Origin: Vicinamibacterales bacterium | GTDB taxonomy: Bacteria > Acidobacteriota > Vicinamibacteria > Vicinamibacterales > UBA2999 | Length of the DNA: 64,000 nucleotides | Direction of reading: 5' to 3' | NCBI GenBank assembly: GCA_036005125.1 | Contig: DASYQV010000311.1 | Coordinates: 5,618 to 69,617 of the forward strand | Shown: piece by piece, positions 19,029 to 28,663 of the stretch | How positions within the stretch are numbered: the first letter of the stretch is position 1 | Layout of the letters: each line of letters begins with the position of its first letter | Translations under genes and position numbers: made by a program | Notes under the pieces: model-generated | The model's input: the letters and a program-made list of their open reading frames with translations, nothing else | Databases searched by the model: none | Told to the model about the DNA's origin: nothing

Positions 19029-19159
19029 GCGAGAGCGGTCAGCAGTCATCAGTCGGCCCGTGGGACGGGACACCATCCTCGCAGACCGGGGTAGTCTGCG
19101 TTCCCAGCGGAGGGCTCCCAACCGCGCCATGCCGACTGACGACTGCTGACCGCTCTCGC
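19029..19159. repeat. 131-nt element: 29-bp near-perfect stem enclosing a 73-nt multi-hairpin core
   Basis: GCGAGAGCGGTCAGCAGTCATCAGTCGGC (19029-19057) vs GCCGACTGACGACTGCTGACCGCTCTCGC (19131-19159), one non-Watson-Crick position; inner hairpins CCCGT-GGG-ACGGG and GCAGAC-CGGGGTA-GTCTGC (19081-19099). Confidence 0.85.
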
Positions 19160-19208
19160 CATTTGCGACTTGTGATTCGTGATTTGTGATGGCGCTCCAC
19201 CAGGATCG

Positions 19209-20567
19209 CTACTCACGAATCTTCTCGAGTCTCGCCACCTCGTCTTTGAATGCCTGGCCCCGCTCCGCGTAATCGCGGAACCAGTCGAAGCTCGCGCACG
19301 CCGGCACCAGCAACACGACGCCGTCGGGTGCCGCGGCATCAAACCCCTTTTCAACCGCGTCGCGCATCGATGCGGCGTCGATGACCGGCAACAGATCGGC
19401 GAGTGCCGCCCGCACCAGCGGAGCCGCCTCGCCAATCGCGATCACGCCGCGGCCGTGCGTCGCGAGCGGCGCGCGCAGGTCGCGCAGATCGCCACCCTTG
19501 AACCGTCCGCCGATGATGGCGACCACGCCCCGCTCGAAGCTTTCGATCGAGGCGCGGGCAGCCTCGACGTTGGTCGCCTTCGAGTCGTTCACGAATCGCA
19601 CGCCGTTGACGCGCCCGGCCGGTTCCATCACGTGCGGCAGCCCATGGAAGCCGCGGAGGGCCTGGGCCATTGCGGCAGATGGCACCCCCGCCACGTGGGC
19701 TGCGGCCGTGGCGGCCAGCACGTTGTTCAGCATGTGGCGCCCGGTCAGCTCCACGGCGCTCACCGGGAACAGTCGCTCGTCGCCAGTCGTCGTGCGGCGG
19801 ACGATCCAGTCCCGGCTCACCACGAACCCTTCGGCAATCGTGCCGCTCAGCGAGTAGGCCACGACACGGCTCTTCGCCGCGCCCGCGTGATGGACGACCG
19901 CGGCATCGTCGGCGTTGACGACCGCCCAGTCGTCGGGCTCCTGGTTCGCGAAGATCCGCGCCTTCGCCGCGGCGTACGCATCGACGGACGGGTGACGATC
20001 GAGGTGGTCGGCTGCCAAGTTGAGCCAGACGGCAATCCAGGGATGAAAAGAGGTCGTCGTCTCCAACTGAAAGCTGCTCGTCTCGACGACGTGCACGCTC
20101 TCGGGCGTCGATTCGTCCACCTGCGCGCTCAGCGGCACGCCGATGTTGCCGCCCACGAGCACGGCGCGACCGTCAGCATCGAGCATCCGTCCGATGAGCG
20201 TGGTGGTCGTCGACTTACCCTTCGTTCCGGTGACCGCAATCACTCGCCCCTTCAGCCATCGCCACGCCAGCTCGAGCTCGCCGACGATCTCGACGCCCCG
20301 CGCGCGTGCGACGTCGAACACCGGCTGCTCCAGCGGCACGCCGGGGCTCGCGACCACGAGGTTCGCCCTCGCGAACGTCGAGGGTTCGTGGCCCCCGAGC
20401 TCCAGCCTCACTCCGAGCGTGCGGAGGCGGTCGGCCGCTTCGAACGATTCACGCAGCTCCGACAGCGTCACCTGCGCTCCCCTCCGGACCAGCAGCTCCG
20501 CAGCAGCTATGCCGCTTCGGGCGGCTCCTACGACCACCACGTCCCTGCCCTCGACGGAGAAGTCCAC
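19209..20567 (-). CDS. murD: UDP-N-acetylmuramoylalanine--D-glutamate ligase
   Basis: VVGAARSGIAAAELL, GTKGKSTTTTL, Mur ligase domain order; dcw position. Confidence 0.95.
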   Translation of the reverse strand: MDFSVEGRDVVVVGAARSGIAAAELLVRRGAQVTLSELRESFEAADRLRTLGVRLELGGHEPSTFARANLVVASPGVPLEQPVFDVARARGVEIVGELELAWRWLKGRVIAVTGTKGKSTTTTLIGRMLDADGRAVLVGGNIGVPLSAQVDESTPESVHVVETSSFQLETTTSFHPWIAVWLNLAADHLDRHPSVDAYAAAKARIFANQEPDDWAVVNADDAAVVHHAGAAKSRVVAYSLSGTIAEGFVVSRDWIVRRTTTGDERLFPVSAVELTGRHMLNNVLAATAAAHVAGVPSAAMAQALRGFHGLPHVMEPAGRVNGVRFVNDSKATNVEAARASIESFERGVVAIIGGRFKGGDLRDLRAPLATHGRGVIAIGEAAPLVRAALADLLPVIDAASMRDAVEKGFDAAAPDGVVLLVPACASFDWFRDYAERGQAFKDEVARLEKIRE

Positions 20568-20570
20568 ATG

Positions 20571-21656
20571 TCACCGCAGCTTCAGCGTCGTGAGACTCAT
20601 CAGCGCGAAGATGACCGCGACGATCAGGAACCGCGCGATGACCTTCGGCTCGCTCCAGCCGATCAGCTCGAAGTGATGGTGGATCGGCGCCATCTTGAAC
20701 ACTCGTTTGCCGGTCAGCTTGAACGAGCACACCTGGATCATCACGGACAGGGCCTCGACGACGAACACGCCGCCAACGATCAGGAGGAGCAGTTCCTGTT
20801 TGATGAGGATGGCGACGGTGGCGAGGGCGCCGCCAAGCGCCAGCGATCCGACGTCGCCCATGAAGATCTCAGCGGGATAGGCGTTGTACCAGAGAAAGCC
20901 GAGGCTCGCCCCGACCAGCGCGCCGCAGAAAATCGTCAGCTCGCCGGCCGGCTGAAAGCGGACGATGAGCAGGTAATCCGCGAGGATGCGGTGACCGGTC
21001 ACGTACGACAGCGCGGTGAACGCGGCCGCCGCCACGGCAAACGTGCTGATGGCCAGTCCATCGAGGCCGTCGGTGAGGTTCACGGCGTTGCTGAAGCCGA
21101 CGAGGACGAACGTCGCGAAGGCGACGTAGAACCATCCGAGATCGGGGATGAGATTCTTGAAAAACGGAAAGATGAGGCGTGTGTTGTACAGATTGTTCGC
21201 GGCCACCGCCATGAGCGCCAGTCCGACGCCGACCCCAATCAGCAGCTGAAACGCCATCTTCTGACGGGGGCGCAGGCCGTGATGCGAACGGCGCGTGATC
21301 TTCAGGTAGTCGTCGAGGAAGCCGACGGCGCCAAACGCTGTGGTCGAGAGGACGGCAATCCAGATGTACGGGTTCGAGAGATCCGCCCAGAGCAGCGTCG
21401 GCACGAGCGCGGACACCAGGATCAGGAGGCCGCCCATCGTCGGCGTCCCCGCCTTGGTGCGGTGCGTTTGCGGACCTTCCTGGCGGATGACCTGGCCGAT
21501 CTGGAACTCCCGCAGCTTGCTGATCATCCACGGACCGAGCACGAGGCTCAGGAGGAGCGCCGTCAGGCTGGCCGCGGCGGTGCGGAACGTGATGTATCGC
21601 GTCACGTTCAGCACGCCGATGTACACCGACAGTGGGTACAGGAGGTAGTAGAGCAT
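20571..21656 (-). CDS. mraY: Phospho-N-acetylmuramoyl-pentapeptide transferase
   Basis: [36 protein letters not shown]; start overlaps the murF stop (TGATG). Confidence 0.96.
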   Translation of the reverse strand: MLYYLLYPLSVYIGVLNVTRYITFRTAAASLTALLLSLVLGPWMISKLREFQIGQVIRQEGPQTHRTKAGTPTMGGLLILVSALVPTLLWADLSNPYIWIAVLSTTAFGAVGFLDDYLKITRRSHHGLRPRQKMAFQLLIGVGVGLALMAVAANNLYNTRLIFPFFKNLIPDLGWFYVAFATFVLVGFSNAVNLTDGLDGLAISTFAVAAAAFTALSYVTGHRILADYLLIVRFQPAGELTIFCGALVGASLGFLWYNAYPAEIFMGDVGSLALGGALATVAILIKQELLLLIVGGVFVVEALSVMIQVCSFKLTGKRVFKMAPIHHHFELIGWSEPKVIARFLIVAVIFALMSLTTLKLR

Positions 21657-23080
21657 CAGGCGAGCTCCGCCACGATTCGATCCACCACCAGGTCCGTGCG
21701 AATCCCGCGGGAACCCTTGACGAGCACGAGATCACCTGCGCCGAGCGCGCTGGCGACGCGCCAGGCCGCCTGATCGCTGTTTTCGACGTAGGTCACGTCG
21801 CCTGCGGGCATGCCTGCGCGGATCGCCGCGTCGGCAAGCGCGCGGGCCGGCGGCCCGCCGACGGCAAACAGCAGGCGCAGGCCGGCCTCTGCCGCGGCTC
21901 GCCCGCATTCCTCGTGCAGCGGCACCGACACGTCGCCCAACTCCAGCATCTCGCCGAGCACGGCGACCTTGCGTGTCGCGCCCGGTTCGCGCGCCACGAC
22001 CTCGAGCGCTCGCCGGAGAGCGGTCGGGCTCGAGTTGTACGAGTCGTCAATGAGCGTGACGCCCGAGTTGAGACGATGCACGGCGCCACGATGGGCGGCG
22101 GGCGTGAGCCGGCGCGCGATGTCCACGATGACGTCGAGCGCAACCTTGAACTCGAGCGCCACGGCCGTGGCTGCGAGCACGTTCGCGAGGTTGCCTCGGC
22201 CGAGGAGCGGCGTTTCGAACTCTCGCTCGCCCGCCGGTGTCGCGACGCGCGCACGCATCCCATTGACGCCGCGATCTTCGATCTCCACGGCGCGGACCGT
22301 CGCGTGCGGGGCCGCGCCGAATGTCACCACGCGTCCCGGGAACTTCGTCACGCGCGCCATCACCAGCGCGTCGTCGGCATTGCAGACGAGAACGGTGGAC
22401 GCGTCGGCCCGTTCCAGAATCTCCGCCTTGGCATCGGCAATCGCGTCGGCAGATGCGAAGAACCCGAGATGTGCGTCGCCGACGTTGATCCAGACACGCA
22501 CGTCGGGCTCGGCAATCGCGACGAGCGTGCTGATCTCGCCCGCGTGATTCATCCCGAGCTCCATGACCGCCACGTCGGGCCGGTCCCGCAGCTGCATCAG
22601 CGAGACGGGCAGTCCGATGTGGTTGTTCAGGTTTCCCTTGTTCTTCACGACCCGGAAGCGTGTGCCGAGCAACTCGGCGATCGTCTCCTTGGTGGTCGTT
22701 TTTCCGGCGCTGCCGGTGATCGCCACGACGCGCGTGCCCGACCCTTGTCGTACCGCGTGCGCGAGCTGCTGCAAAGCGAGCAGCGTGTCGTCGACCTGGA
22801 CCAAGGCCGGGGCCTCTTGCCGGGCGTCGAGGTCCGGCCGACGGTCGAAGCCTCCATCAACGAGTGCCCCCCCGGCGCCTTTCTCGAGCGCCTGCTCGAC
22901 AAAGGCATTCCCGTCGAACCGCGGCCCTCGTAACGCCACGAAGAAGTCGCCCGGCTGCAGCGCTCGCGTGTCGGTCGTCAGGTTGCCGACAGGCCGGGCA
23001 GGGGACCCGGAGATGATTCGGCCGCCGACGGTCGTTGCCAACCATCCGAGCGTGACGGGCACTACACCGGATGCGGGCAC
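21656..23080 (-). CDS. murF: UDP-N-acetylmuramoyl-tripeptide--D-alanyl-D-alanine ligase
   Basis: [18 protein letters not shown]; Mur ligase architecture; overlaps its neighbours by 1 nt at each end. Confidence 0.93.
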   Translation of the reverse strand: MPASGVVPVTLGWLATTVGGRIISGSPARPVGNLTTDTRALQPGDFFVALRGPRFDGNAFVEQALEKGAGGALVDGGFDRRPDLDARQEAPALVQVDDTLLALQQLAHAVRQGSGTRVVAITGSAGKTTTKETIAELLGTRFRVVKNKGNLNNHIGLPVSLMQLRDRPDVAVMELGMNHAGEISTLVAIAEPDVRVWINVGDAHLGFFASADAIADAKAEILERADASTVLVCNADDALVMARVTKFPGRVVTFGAAPHATVRAVEIEDRGVNGMRARVATPAGEREFETPLLGRGNLANVLAATAVALEFKVALDVIVDIARRLTPAAHRGAVHRLNSGVTLIDDSYNSSPTALRRALEVVAREPGATRKVAVLGEMLELGDVSVPLHEECGRAAAEAGLRLLFAVGGPPARALADAAIRAGMPAGDVTYVENSDQAAWRVASALGAGDLVLVKGSRGIRTDLVVDRIVAELA

Positions 23081-24603
23081 TAACTCACCTTCGCACGCAG
23101 ACGCCGCGCCGAGAGCGCCTCGCGCGCCACGGCGACGTCGTCGAACGGAAAGACCCGGCCGGCGACTTCCTGATACTTTTCGTGTCCCTTGCCGGCGATG
23201 AGCACGACGTCGCCGCTCGCCGCCCGCTCGATTGCCTGACGGATAGCGTCCCGGCGATCGATCACCGTAAGAGCCTCTGTCGATCCTTGCCGCAGCTCGG
23301 CCCGCACGCCTCGCATCACCTCGTCGATGATGCGCATGGGATCCTCGCTGCGCGGATTATCCGACGTGACGACCACCACGTCGCTCAAGCGCGCCGCGAC
23401 CATGCCCATCAGCGGCCGCTTCGTGCGATCGCGATCGCCGCCTGCGCCGAAGACGGTAATCAGCCGTTCCGGAGCGAGCGGCCGCGCCGTTTCCAGCAGA
23501 TTCCGCAACGCATCATCGGTGTGAGCGTAGTCGATGACCACCGTGATGTCGTCCTTGGCCGACGAGGCGATTTCAAATCGCCCCGGTACACCCGGCAGCT
23601 GGGCGAGCCCGCGCGCGATCGGGTCGAGCGGCAGGCCGAGGGCGGTCGCGGTACCGACGGCGGCAAGGATGTTGTACACATTCGGCCGGCCAACGAGTTT
23701 CGAGCGGACCGGTACAACGCCCACCGGCGTTCGAACGTCGAACTGCAGACCCTCGAGCGAGAACGACAGTGGGCCGGGCGCCACGTCGGCTGGCTTGCCG
23801 ATGGCGTACGTCACCGGATTGCCCGTCCGTTCCACGAGAGAGGCGCCGCGCGGATCGTCGAGGTTCACGACGGCCGGCGCGGCGTCCGGCAGCATGTCGA
23901 ACAGACGTCGCTTGGCCGCAAAGTAGTCTTCCATGTCGGCATGGAAGTCGAGGTGATCGCGCGTCAGGTTCGTGAAGACGGCCGCGGCGAACTGCATGCC
24001 GTCCACGCGCCGGAGCGCGAGCGCATGTGAAGACACCTCCATCACGCACGCCCCGCAGCCGGCCTCCACCATCTGGTGGAGCAGATCCTCTACATCAGGA
24101 GCCTCGGGTGTCGTGCGGGTCGCGTCGAATTCGCGATCGCCAACCCGGTATTTCACCGTTCCCATCAGCCCGCATCGCACGCCGGCGGCTTCGAAGGTCG
24201 CGCTCAACAGGTATGCCGTTGTCGTCTTTCCGTTTGTGCCGGTGATACCGACGACCTGCATCCGGCGGCTCGGATGACCGTAGAACTCCGCGGCCAGCAG
24301 TGCCAGCGCGAGACGGGCGTCCGGTACGAGCAGCCACGGTACGGGTGTGAACGTTTCAGGCGGCCGTTCGGCAACGACAGCCGCGGCGCCGCTGGCAATC
24401 GCCTGAGGCGCGAACCGAACACCGTCAGTCGTCAGCCCGCGCAGCGCGACGAAGATCGACCCGGGCTTCGTCCGGCGAGAGTCGTGGGTCACGCCTGATG
24501 CCTCGATATCGAGCGCTCCCGTGCGGGCGTCGGGCACGCTCGCCGGTCGCTGCTCGGGCGGCAGGGCGCGAACCAATGCGTACAGCAGTTGGCCGACGGT
24601 CAT
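23080..24603 (-). CDS. murE: UDP-N-acetylmuramoyl-L-alanyl-D-glutamate--2,6-diaminopimelate ligase
   Basis: GITGTNGKTTT, TSDNPRSEDP; ATG 24603 overlaps the ftsI stop (ATGA); track start 24651 is less likely. Confidence 0.93.
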   Translation of the reverse strand: MTVGQLLYALVRALPPEQRPASVPDARTGALDIEASGVTHDSRRTKPGSIFVALRGLTTDGVRFAPQAIASGAAAVVAERPPETFTPVPWLLVPDARLALALLAAEFYGHPSRRMQVVGITGTNGKTTTAYLLSATFEAAGVRCGLMGTVKYRVGDREFDATRTTPEAPDVEDLLHQMVEAGCGACVMEVSSHALALRRVDGMQFAAAVFTNLTRDHLDFHADMEDYFAAKRRLFDMLPDAAPAVVNLDDPRGASLVERTGNPVTYAIGKPADVAPGPLSFSLEGLQFDVRTPVGVVPVRSKLVGRPNVYNILAAVGTATALGLPLDPIARGLAQLPGVPGRFEIASSAKDDITVVIDYAHTDDALRNLLETARPLAPERLITVFGAGGDRDRTKRPLMGMVAARLSDVVVVTSDNPRSEDPMRIIDEVMRGVRAELRQGSTEALTVIDRRDAIRQAIERAASGDVVLIAGKGHEKYQEVAGRVFPFDDVAVAREALSARRLRAKVS

Positions 24604-26624
24604 GGCTGCATTCCGCTCGCAAGACGCACCGACGTTTGACGCGCGAGCCACAACGTGGCCGACGAGCCGCGGTCAGTGGGCGCACCGGGCCCGGGCTGCT
24701 GATCGACAACGACGCCAGCGCCCTGAAGACGGACGGTCAGGCCCATCTGGACCAGCGTGCGCAGCGCCTCGCGCGCGCTCAGTCCACGAAGGTCGGGAAA
24801 GGCGGAACGGTCTGCCGAGGATGGGCCGTGCAGCGGGACGAGTGGCAGCGCGCCCACCGGACCGGCAGTTGGCTGCGCTGGCGTCTGGTGACGTTCGGCG
24901 ACCAGCACCGGAGGCGGGGCGTTCACCGTGGCCGGCACGCCGGCATGCCGGAGTGCAGCGTCCGCGATTTTCTGAAACACGGGCGCGGCGACCTGTCCTC
25001 CGAAGTAACCATCCCTTCCATGGGGCGAATCGATGACGACAACGATGGTGAACACGGGTCTGGTCGCGGGGACGAAGCCGACGAACGACGCGTTGAATTC
25101 CGAGTGCGAGTAGCGCCCCCCGACGAGCTTCTGCGCGGTGCCGGTTTTGCCGGCAACCGTGTAGCCGGAAATCGCCGCGCGCGTCGCCGTCCCACGCTGG
25201 ACGACCCCCTCCATCATGCGTGTCAGTTCGACGGCGGTTGCGGCACTGATCGTACGCCGCACGATCTTGTGCGGAACGACGGTTCGCCTGCCGTCTCGGA
25301 TAACGGCCCGCACGGCTCGGGGCTCGAAGAGGTTGCCGCCATTGGCGATGGAGCTGACAGCCGCGGCCATCTGCAGCGGGGTCACCCCGACCTGATAGCC
25401 GATCGACACTGACGCGAGCGCGCTGTCGGTGAGCTTCGAGGGATCCCACACGATGCCCGGGCTCTCGCCTGGAAAGTCGCGCGACGTCGGCCGCCCGAAC
25501 CCGAACCGGCGAACGTACAGACCGAGTCGCTCCGGGCCCAGCTTGAGCCCCACTTTGGTGGCGCCGACGTTGCTCGACTTGACGATGACATCGGCGAATG
25601 ACAGCACGTTGTACGCGTGCACGTCGTCAATCACGCGCGCTCCGAGCCGGATCACGCCGCCGCTGACGTCGATCGGATCCTCCGGCCGGAATATCTTCTC
25701 CTCGAGAGCGGCCGATGCCGTCACGATCTTGAAGGTGGAGCCCGGCTCGTACAGGTCCTGTACTGCCCGATTACGCCGCGTCTCTTCATCCGCGTTCCGG
25801 AACGCGTTGGGGTTGAACGTGGGGACGTTCGCGAGGGCGAGGATTTCGCCCGTCCTCGGATCCATGATCACGGCAGACCCGCCGGCGGCGGCGTTCGCCT
25901 TGACCGCGGCGTGAAGCTCCCGTTCGACGATGTGCTGCAGGTGCTGATCGATCGTCAGCTCGAGCGTGGCGCCAGCGGTCGGCGGCCGCTCGATGCGGCT
26001 GAAGGCATGGCGCCGCGCGTCGGTCTGAATCAGCACCGTGCCCGGCCGTCCTTTGATGAGGCCGTCGTATGCGGCTTCGATTCCATGAAGGCCGGTGTTG
26101 TCGATGCCTACGTAGCCCAGCAGGTGCGCCGCAAGCTCCTTGTTGGGGTAGAAGCGGCGGTTCTCCTTCATGAAGCCGATGCCTTCGAGCTGCAGCGCGT
26201 CGACACGGCGCGCCTCCTCCGGTGACACCTGCCGCCGCACGTAGACGAACGCGCGCTGCCGCCGGAACCGCTCGACGAACCCCTCGCGCTCCTTTATCGT
26301 GCACACGTCCAGCGCGCCGCACAGCGCCGCGGCGGCGCTCTCTGGATTATCGATCTCGTTCGGAACGGCGTAGATCGATTCGGCATCCACGCTGTATGCG
26401 AGCACACGGCCGCGACGGTCGAGGATCTCGCCGCGCTTGGCGGGTGCGCTGACCGTGCGCATCTGCTGTCGATCGGCCCGTGCCGAGAGCTCGGCGTGCC
26501 GGAGGACCTGCAGGTACACGAGGCGGGCTTCGATCGCGACCGTCCATAGACCGAAGCAGACGGCGGCGACGACGAGTCGGCGCTTCAGGGTCGTGCGCCA
26601 GGGGTTGGCGGTGTCTTCGACCAC
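24600..26624 (-). CDS. ftsI: Division-specific class B penicillin-binding protein (FtsI/PBP3-like) with a C-terminal PASTA-like segment
   Basis: N-terminal TM, transpeptidase motifs STFK, SSN, KTGT; C-terminal LRGLSAREALRTLVQMGLTVRLQGAGVVVDQQPGPG. Confidence 0.93.
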   Translation of the reverse strand: MVEDTANPWRTTLKRRLVVAAVCFGLWTVAIEARLVYLQVLRHAELSARADRQQMRTVSAPAKRGEILDRRGRVLAYSVDAESIYAVPNEIDNPESAAAALCGALDVCTIKEREGFVERFRRQRAFVYVRRQVSPEEARRVDALQLEGIGFMKENRRFYPNKELAAHLLGYVGIDNTGLHGIEAAYDGLIKGRPGTVLIQTDARRHAFSRIERPPTAGATLELTIDQHLQHIVERELHAAVKANAAAGGSAVIMDPRTGEILALANVPTFNPNAFRNADEETRRNRAVQDLYEPGSTFKIVTASAALEEKIFRPEDPIDVSGGVIRLGARVIDDVHAYNVLSFADVIVKSSNVGATKVGLKLGPERLGLYVRRFGFGRPTSRDFPGESPGIVWDPSKLTDSALASVSIGYQVGVTPLQMAAAVSSIANGGNLFEPRAVRAVIRDGRRTVVPHKIVRRTISAATAVELTRMMEGVVQRGTATRAAISGYTVAGKTGTAQKLVGGRYSHSEFNASFVGFVPATRPVFTIVVVIDSPHGRDGYFGGQVAAPVFQKIADAALRHAGVPATVNAPPPVLVAERHQTPAQPTAGPVGALPLVPLHGPSSADRSAFPDLRGLSAREALRTLVQMGLTVRLQGAGVVVDQQPGPGAPTDRGSSATLWLARQTSVRLASGMQP

Positions 26625-26695
26625 CGGACGTTTCCCTGCCGTGGTTACACGGCGTTATTCGACACGTTCATGCACCTTCGCGCGTGTGAGCATGG

Positions 26696-27088
26696 TTACC
26701 GATGCGCGACGATGGAGCGCGGCGGCGGGGGGGACGGCCTCACGCGTTCGATGACGGATGCATCATCCGGGCCGGGCGCGATCATGTGCAGGCGCTCCAT
26801 CGCGAGCTTCTCGATGCGCGCCGGCGCTCGCAGCGTCTCGATCTCGAGGCGCAGGTGTCGGTTGATCTCGTCTTCCGCGGCTCGTTCGAGCTGCATGTTT
26901 TCGAGTCGGTACCCGTGGCGGAGCAACTCGAAGTGCTGCCACGCCGAGAAGAGAAGCACCGACACGAAGAAGAGGCCCAGCCCCACCGAGCGCCACATCT
27001 CGCGCTGCCGGTCGCGATCGATCTCGCGCACGATGGGATTGTTCCGTACATCCTTCTTGATCGCGTATTCGAACGTTTCGGCCGTCAT
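26696..27088 (-). CDS. ftsL: Cell division protein FtsL
   Basis: 130 aa, single TM (VGLGLFFVSVLLFSAW) followed by a coiled coil; position between rsmH and ftsI; AAGGTGA 8 nt upstream of the ATG. Confidence 0.72.
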   Translation of the reverse strand: MTAETFEYAIKKDVRNNPIVREIDRDRQREMWRSVGLGLFFVSVLLFSAWQHFELLRHGYRLENMQLERAAEDEINRHLRLEIETLRAPARIEKLAMERLHMIAPGPDDASVIERVRPSPPPPRSIVAHR

Positions 27089-27105
27089 ACCGAGTCACCT
27101 TGCCG

Positions 27106-27278
27106 ACGGAGGGCTACGGAGGGGACGGAGGGAACGGTATCTACACAGAGAAACCGAGAAACAGAGACCGAACACACGTATCTCCCTCCCGTTTCTCTCA
27201 GTCTCCGTATAAAAACCTTTCCCTCTGTCGTCGCGGTTCCCTCCGTCTTCCTGCGTTTTCCGTTCCGCTTCCGTTTCC
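27106..27278. repeat. Structured spacer of ACGGAGG(G) / CCCTCCGT and GAGAAAC / GTTTCTC words
   Basis: Perfect 12-bp pairing GACGGAGGGAAC (27124-27135) with GTTCCCTCCGTC (27236-27247), plus inner GAGAAAC/GTTTCTC complementarity; fills the rsmH-ftsL gap. Confidence 0.8.
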
Positions 27279-28172
27279 TCAGGTCCGTTCGGCGGCGCGG
27301 AGCTTGGCGCTTCGCGCTCGCGGGTTGCGTGCCGTCTCGGCCTCGCTCGGGACGACCGGGCGTTTGGTCAGAATCTTCAGACCGCCGTCGGCCTGCAGCC
27401 CGCGCAACGTGTGCTTGACGATCCGGTCCTCCAGCGAATGGAACGTGACGATCGACAGCCGGCCGCCCGCGGACAGATTCCGTGCTGCTGATGCGAGGAA
27501 TGTGTCGAGTCCCTCGAGCTCGCGGTTGATCCAGATGCGAATGGCCTGGAATGTTCGCGTCGCCGGGTCGATCCTCGAGTAGCCCTTGCGCGGGATCGCT
27601 CGCCGCACGAGATCGGCGAGCTGGCCCGTTGTTTCAATTGCGTTCCGAGCGCGGGCCTCGATCACCGCCCGCGCCACTCTCCGTGAGTAACGCTCCTCTC
27701 CGAACCTGTAAATCACGTCGGCAAGCGTCCGCTCGTCCACCTCGCGGAGGGCGTCGGCGGCGGTCGGTCCTTGCGTCGTGTCCATCCGCATGTCGAGCGG
27801 CTCGTCGCGCCGGAAGCTGAAACCGCGGCCTGGCGCGTCGAGCTGCATCGACGAGACGCCGAGATCCGCGAGCAGCCCGTCGACGGGCGGCAGGTTGCGC
27901 GCGGCGAGTATCTCGTCGAGGCGACGGTAGTCGGCGTGGACGAGCTCGACACGGTCGCCGAACGGTTGGAGCCGTTCGCGCGCGTAGTCGAGCGCCGCCG
28001 CGTCGCGGTCGAGGCCCAGGACACGCGAGGCCCCGTGCTCGAGCAGCGCCTGCGCATGACCGCCGAGTCCAACAGTGCAATCGACGAACTGGCCGCCGCG
28101 GGACGGCGCGAGCAGCGCGAGCACTTCGGCCACCAGGACCGGTTCGTGCGACGAACCTTGCGCCTGCTCCAC
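27279..28172 (-). CDS. rsmH: 16S rRNA (cytosine1402-N4)-methyltransferase
   Basis: VDCTVGLGGHA, DLGVSSMQLD, FHSLEDRIVK; follows mraZ. Confidence 0.95.
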   Translation of the reverse strand: MEQAQGSSHEPVLVAEVLALLAPSRGGQFVDCTVGLGGHAQALLEHGASRVLGLDRDAAALDYARERLQPFGDRVELVHADYRRLDEILAARNLPPVDGLLADLGVSSMQLDAPGRGFSFRRDEPLDMRMDTTQGPTAADALREVDERTLADVIYRFGEERYSRRVARAVIEARARNAIETTGQLADLVRRAIPRKGYSRIDPATRTFQAIRIWINRELEGLDTFLASAARNLSAGGRLSIVTFHSLEDRIVKHTLRGLQADGGLKILTKRPVVPSEAETARNPRARSAKLRAAERT

Positions 28173-28187
28173 GACCGCGGCTCTCCG

Positions 28188-28640
28188 TTAAATGCCATGC
28201 TCCGACATCCGAAGGCCGTCTTCGTCGGTCCACGGTTCCCGCTGGAGCTTCTGCTGGAATCGTTCCTCGTTCCAGACATCGAGGTAATCGATGCGGCCGA
28301 ACACGCGGACGTCGCCGATGATCGACGCGCTCTCACGAAGGTGCGCCGGAATGACCACCCGGCCCTGGGGGTCGAGCTCGACCGCCTGACCGTAGAAGTT
28401 CACCCGATCGAGGAACTTGAGCCGCGAGGGATGGTTCCCCGGCATGATTGACAGCTTCCGTTCGATTTCCAGCCAGACCGGCATCGGATAAATCCGTACG
28501 GAATCGCCGGCCAGGCTGGTGACGAAGACATCCGGCCCGTGCTGGTCCTGAATGACCGCCCGGAAGATAGTCGGCACCTTAAGTCGACCCTTTTCGTCGA
28601 TTCGCGCCGGAGCGCTCCCACGGAGGCCTCTTTGCTCCAC
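28188..28640 (-). CDS. mraZ: Transcriptional regulator MraZ
   Basis: Two MraZ/SpoVT-AbrB repeats with DEKGRLKVP and LDPQGRVVIP; GTG 28640 gives an N-terminus closest to canonical MFxG..; alternative TTG 28652. Confidence 0.9.
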   Translation of the reverse strand: MEQRGLRGSAPARIDEKGRLKVPTIFRAVIQDQHGPDVFVTSLAGDSVRIYPMPVWLEIERKLSIMPGNHPSRLKFLDRVNFYGQAVELDPQGRVVIPAHLRESASIIGDVRVFGRIDYLDVWNEERFQQKLQREPWTDEDGLRMSEHGI

Positions 28641-28660
28641 TTCTGTCCACAAAAATCCAC
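28636..28660 (-). promoter_or_regulatory. Three direct GTGGA repeats at exact 10-nt phase (candidate MraZ operator)
   Basis: Minus strand reads GTGGATTTTTGTGGACAGAAGTGGAGC; TCCAC at 28636-40, 28646-50, 28656-60 on the plus strand; the most downstream box contains the candidate GTG start of mraZ. Confidence 0.7.
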
Positions 28661-28663
28661 TCG

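Noticed and set aside
19058-19130. 73-nt core of the long-stem element as a tRNA-like or other known ncRNA (tmRNA, SRP, 6S, RNase P fragments)
   Set aside because: It has no T-loop (GTTCRANYC) or D-loop consensus and no acceptor-type pairing beyond the 29-bp stem. Nothing I could match by eye to conserved cores of the common housekeeping RNAs. A cmscan is still needed.
19179-21773. 864-aa plus-strand ORF, the longest in the track
   Set aside because: It is antisense to murD and mraY, both unambiguous. Its composition is dominated by Arg/Ala/Gly/Asp/His and I recognise no motif. The same reasoning applies to 9232..11100, 14852..16591, 17199..18917, 21632..22933, 44174..45499, 50424..51548 and 55324..57324.
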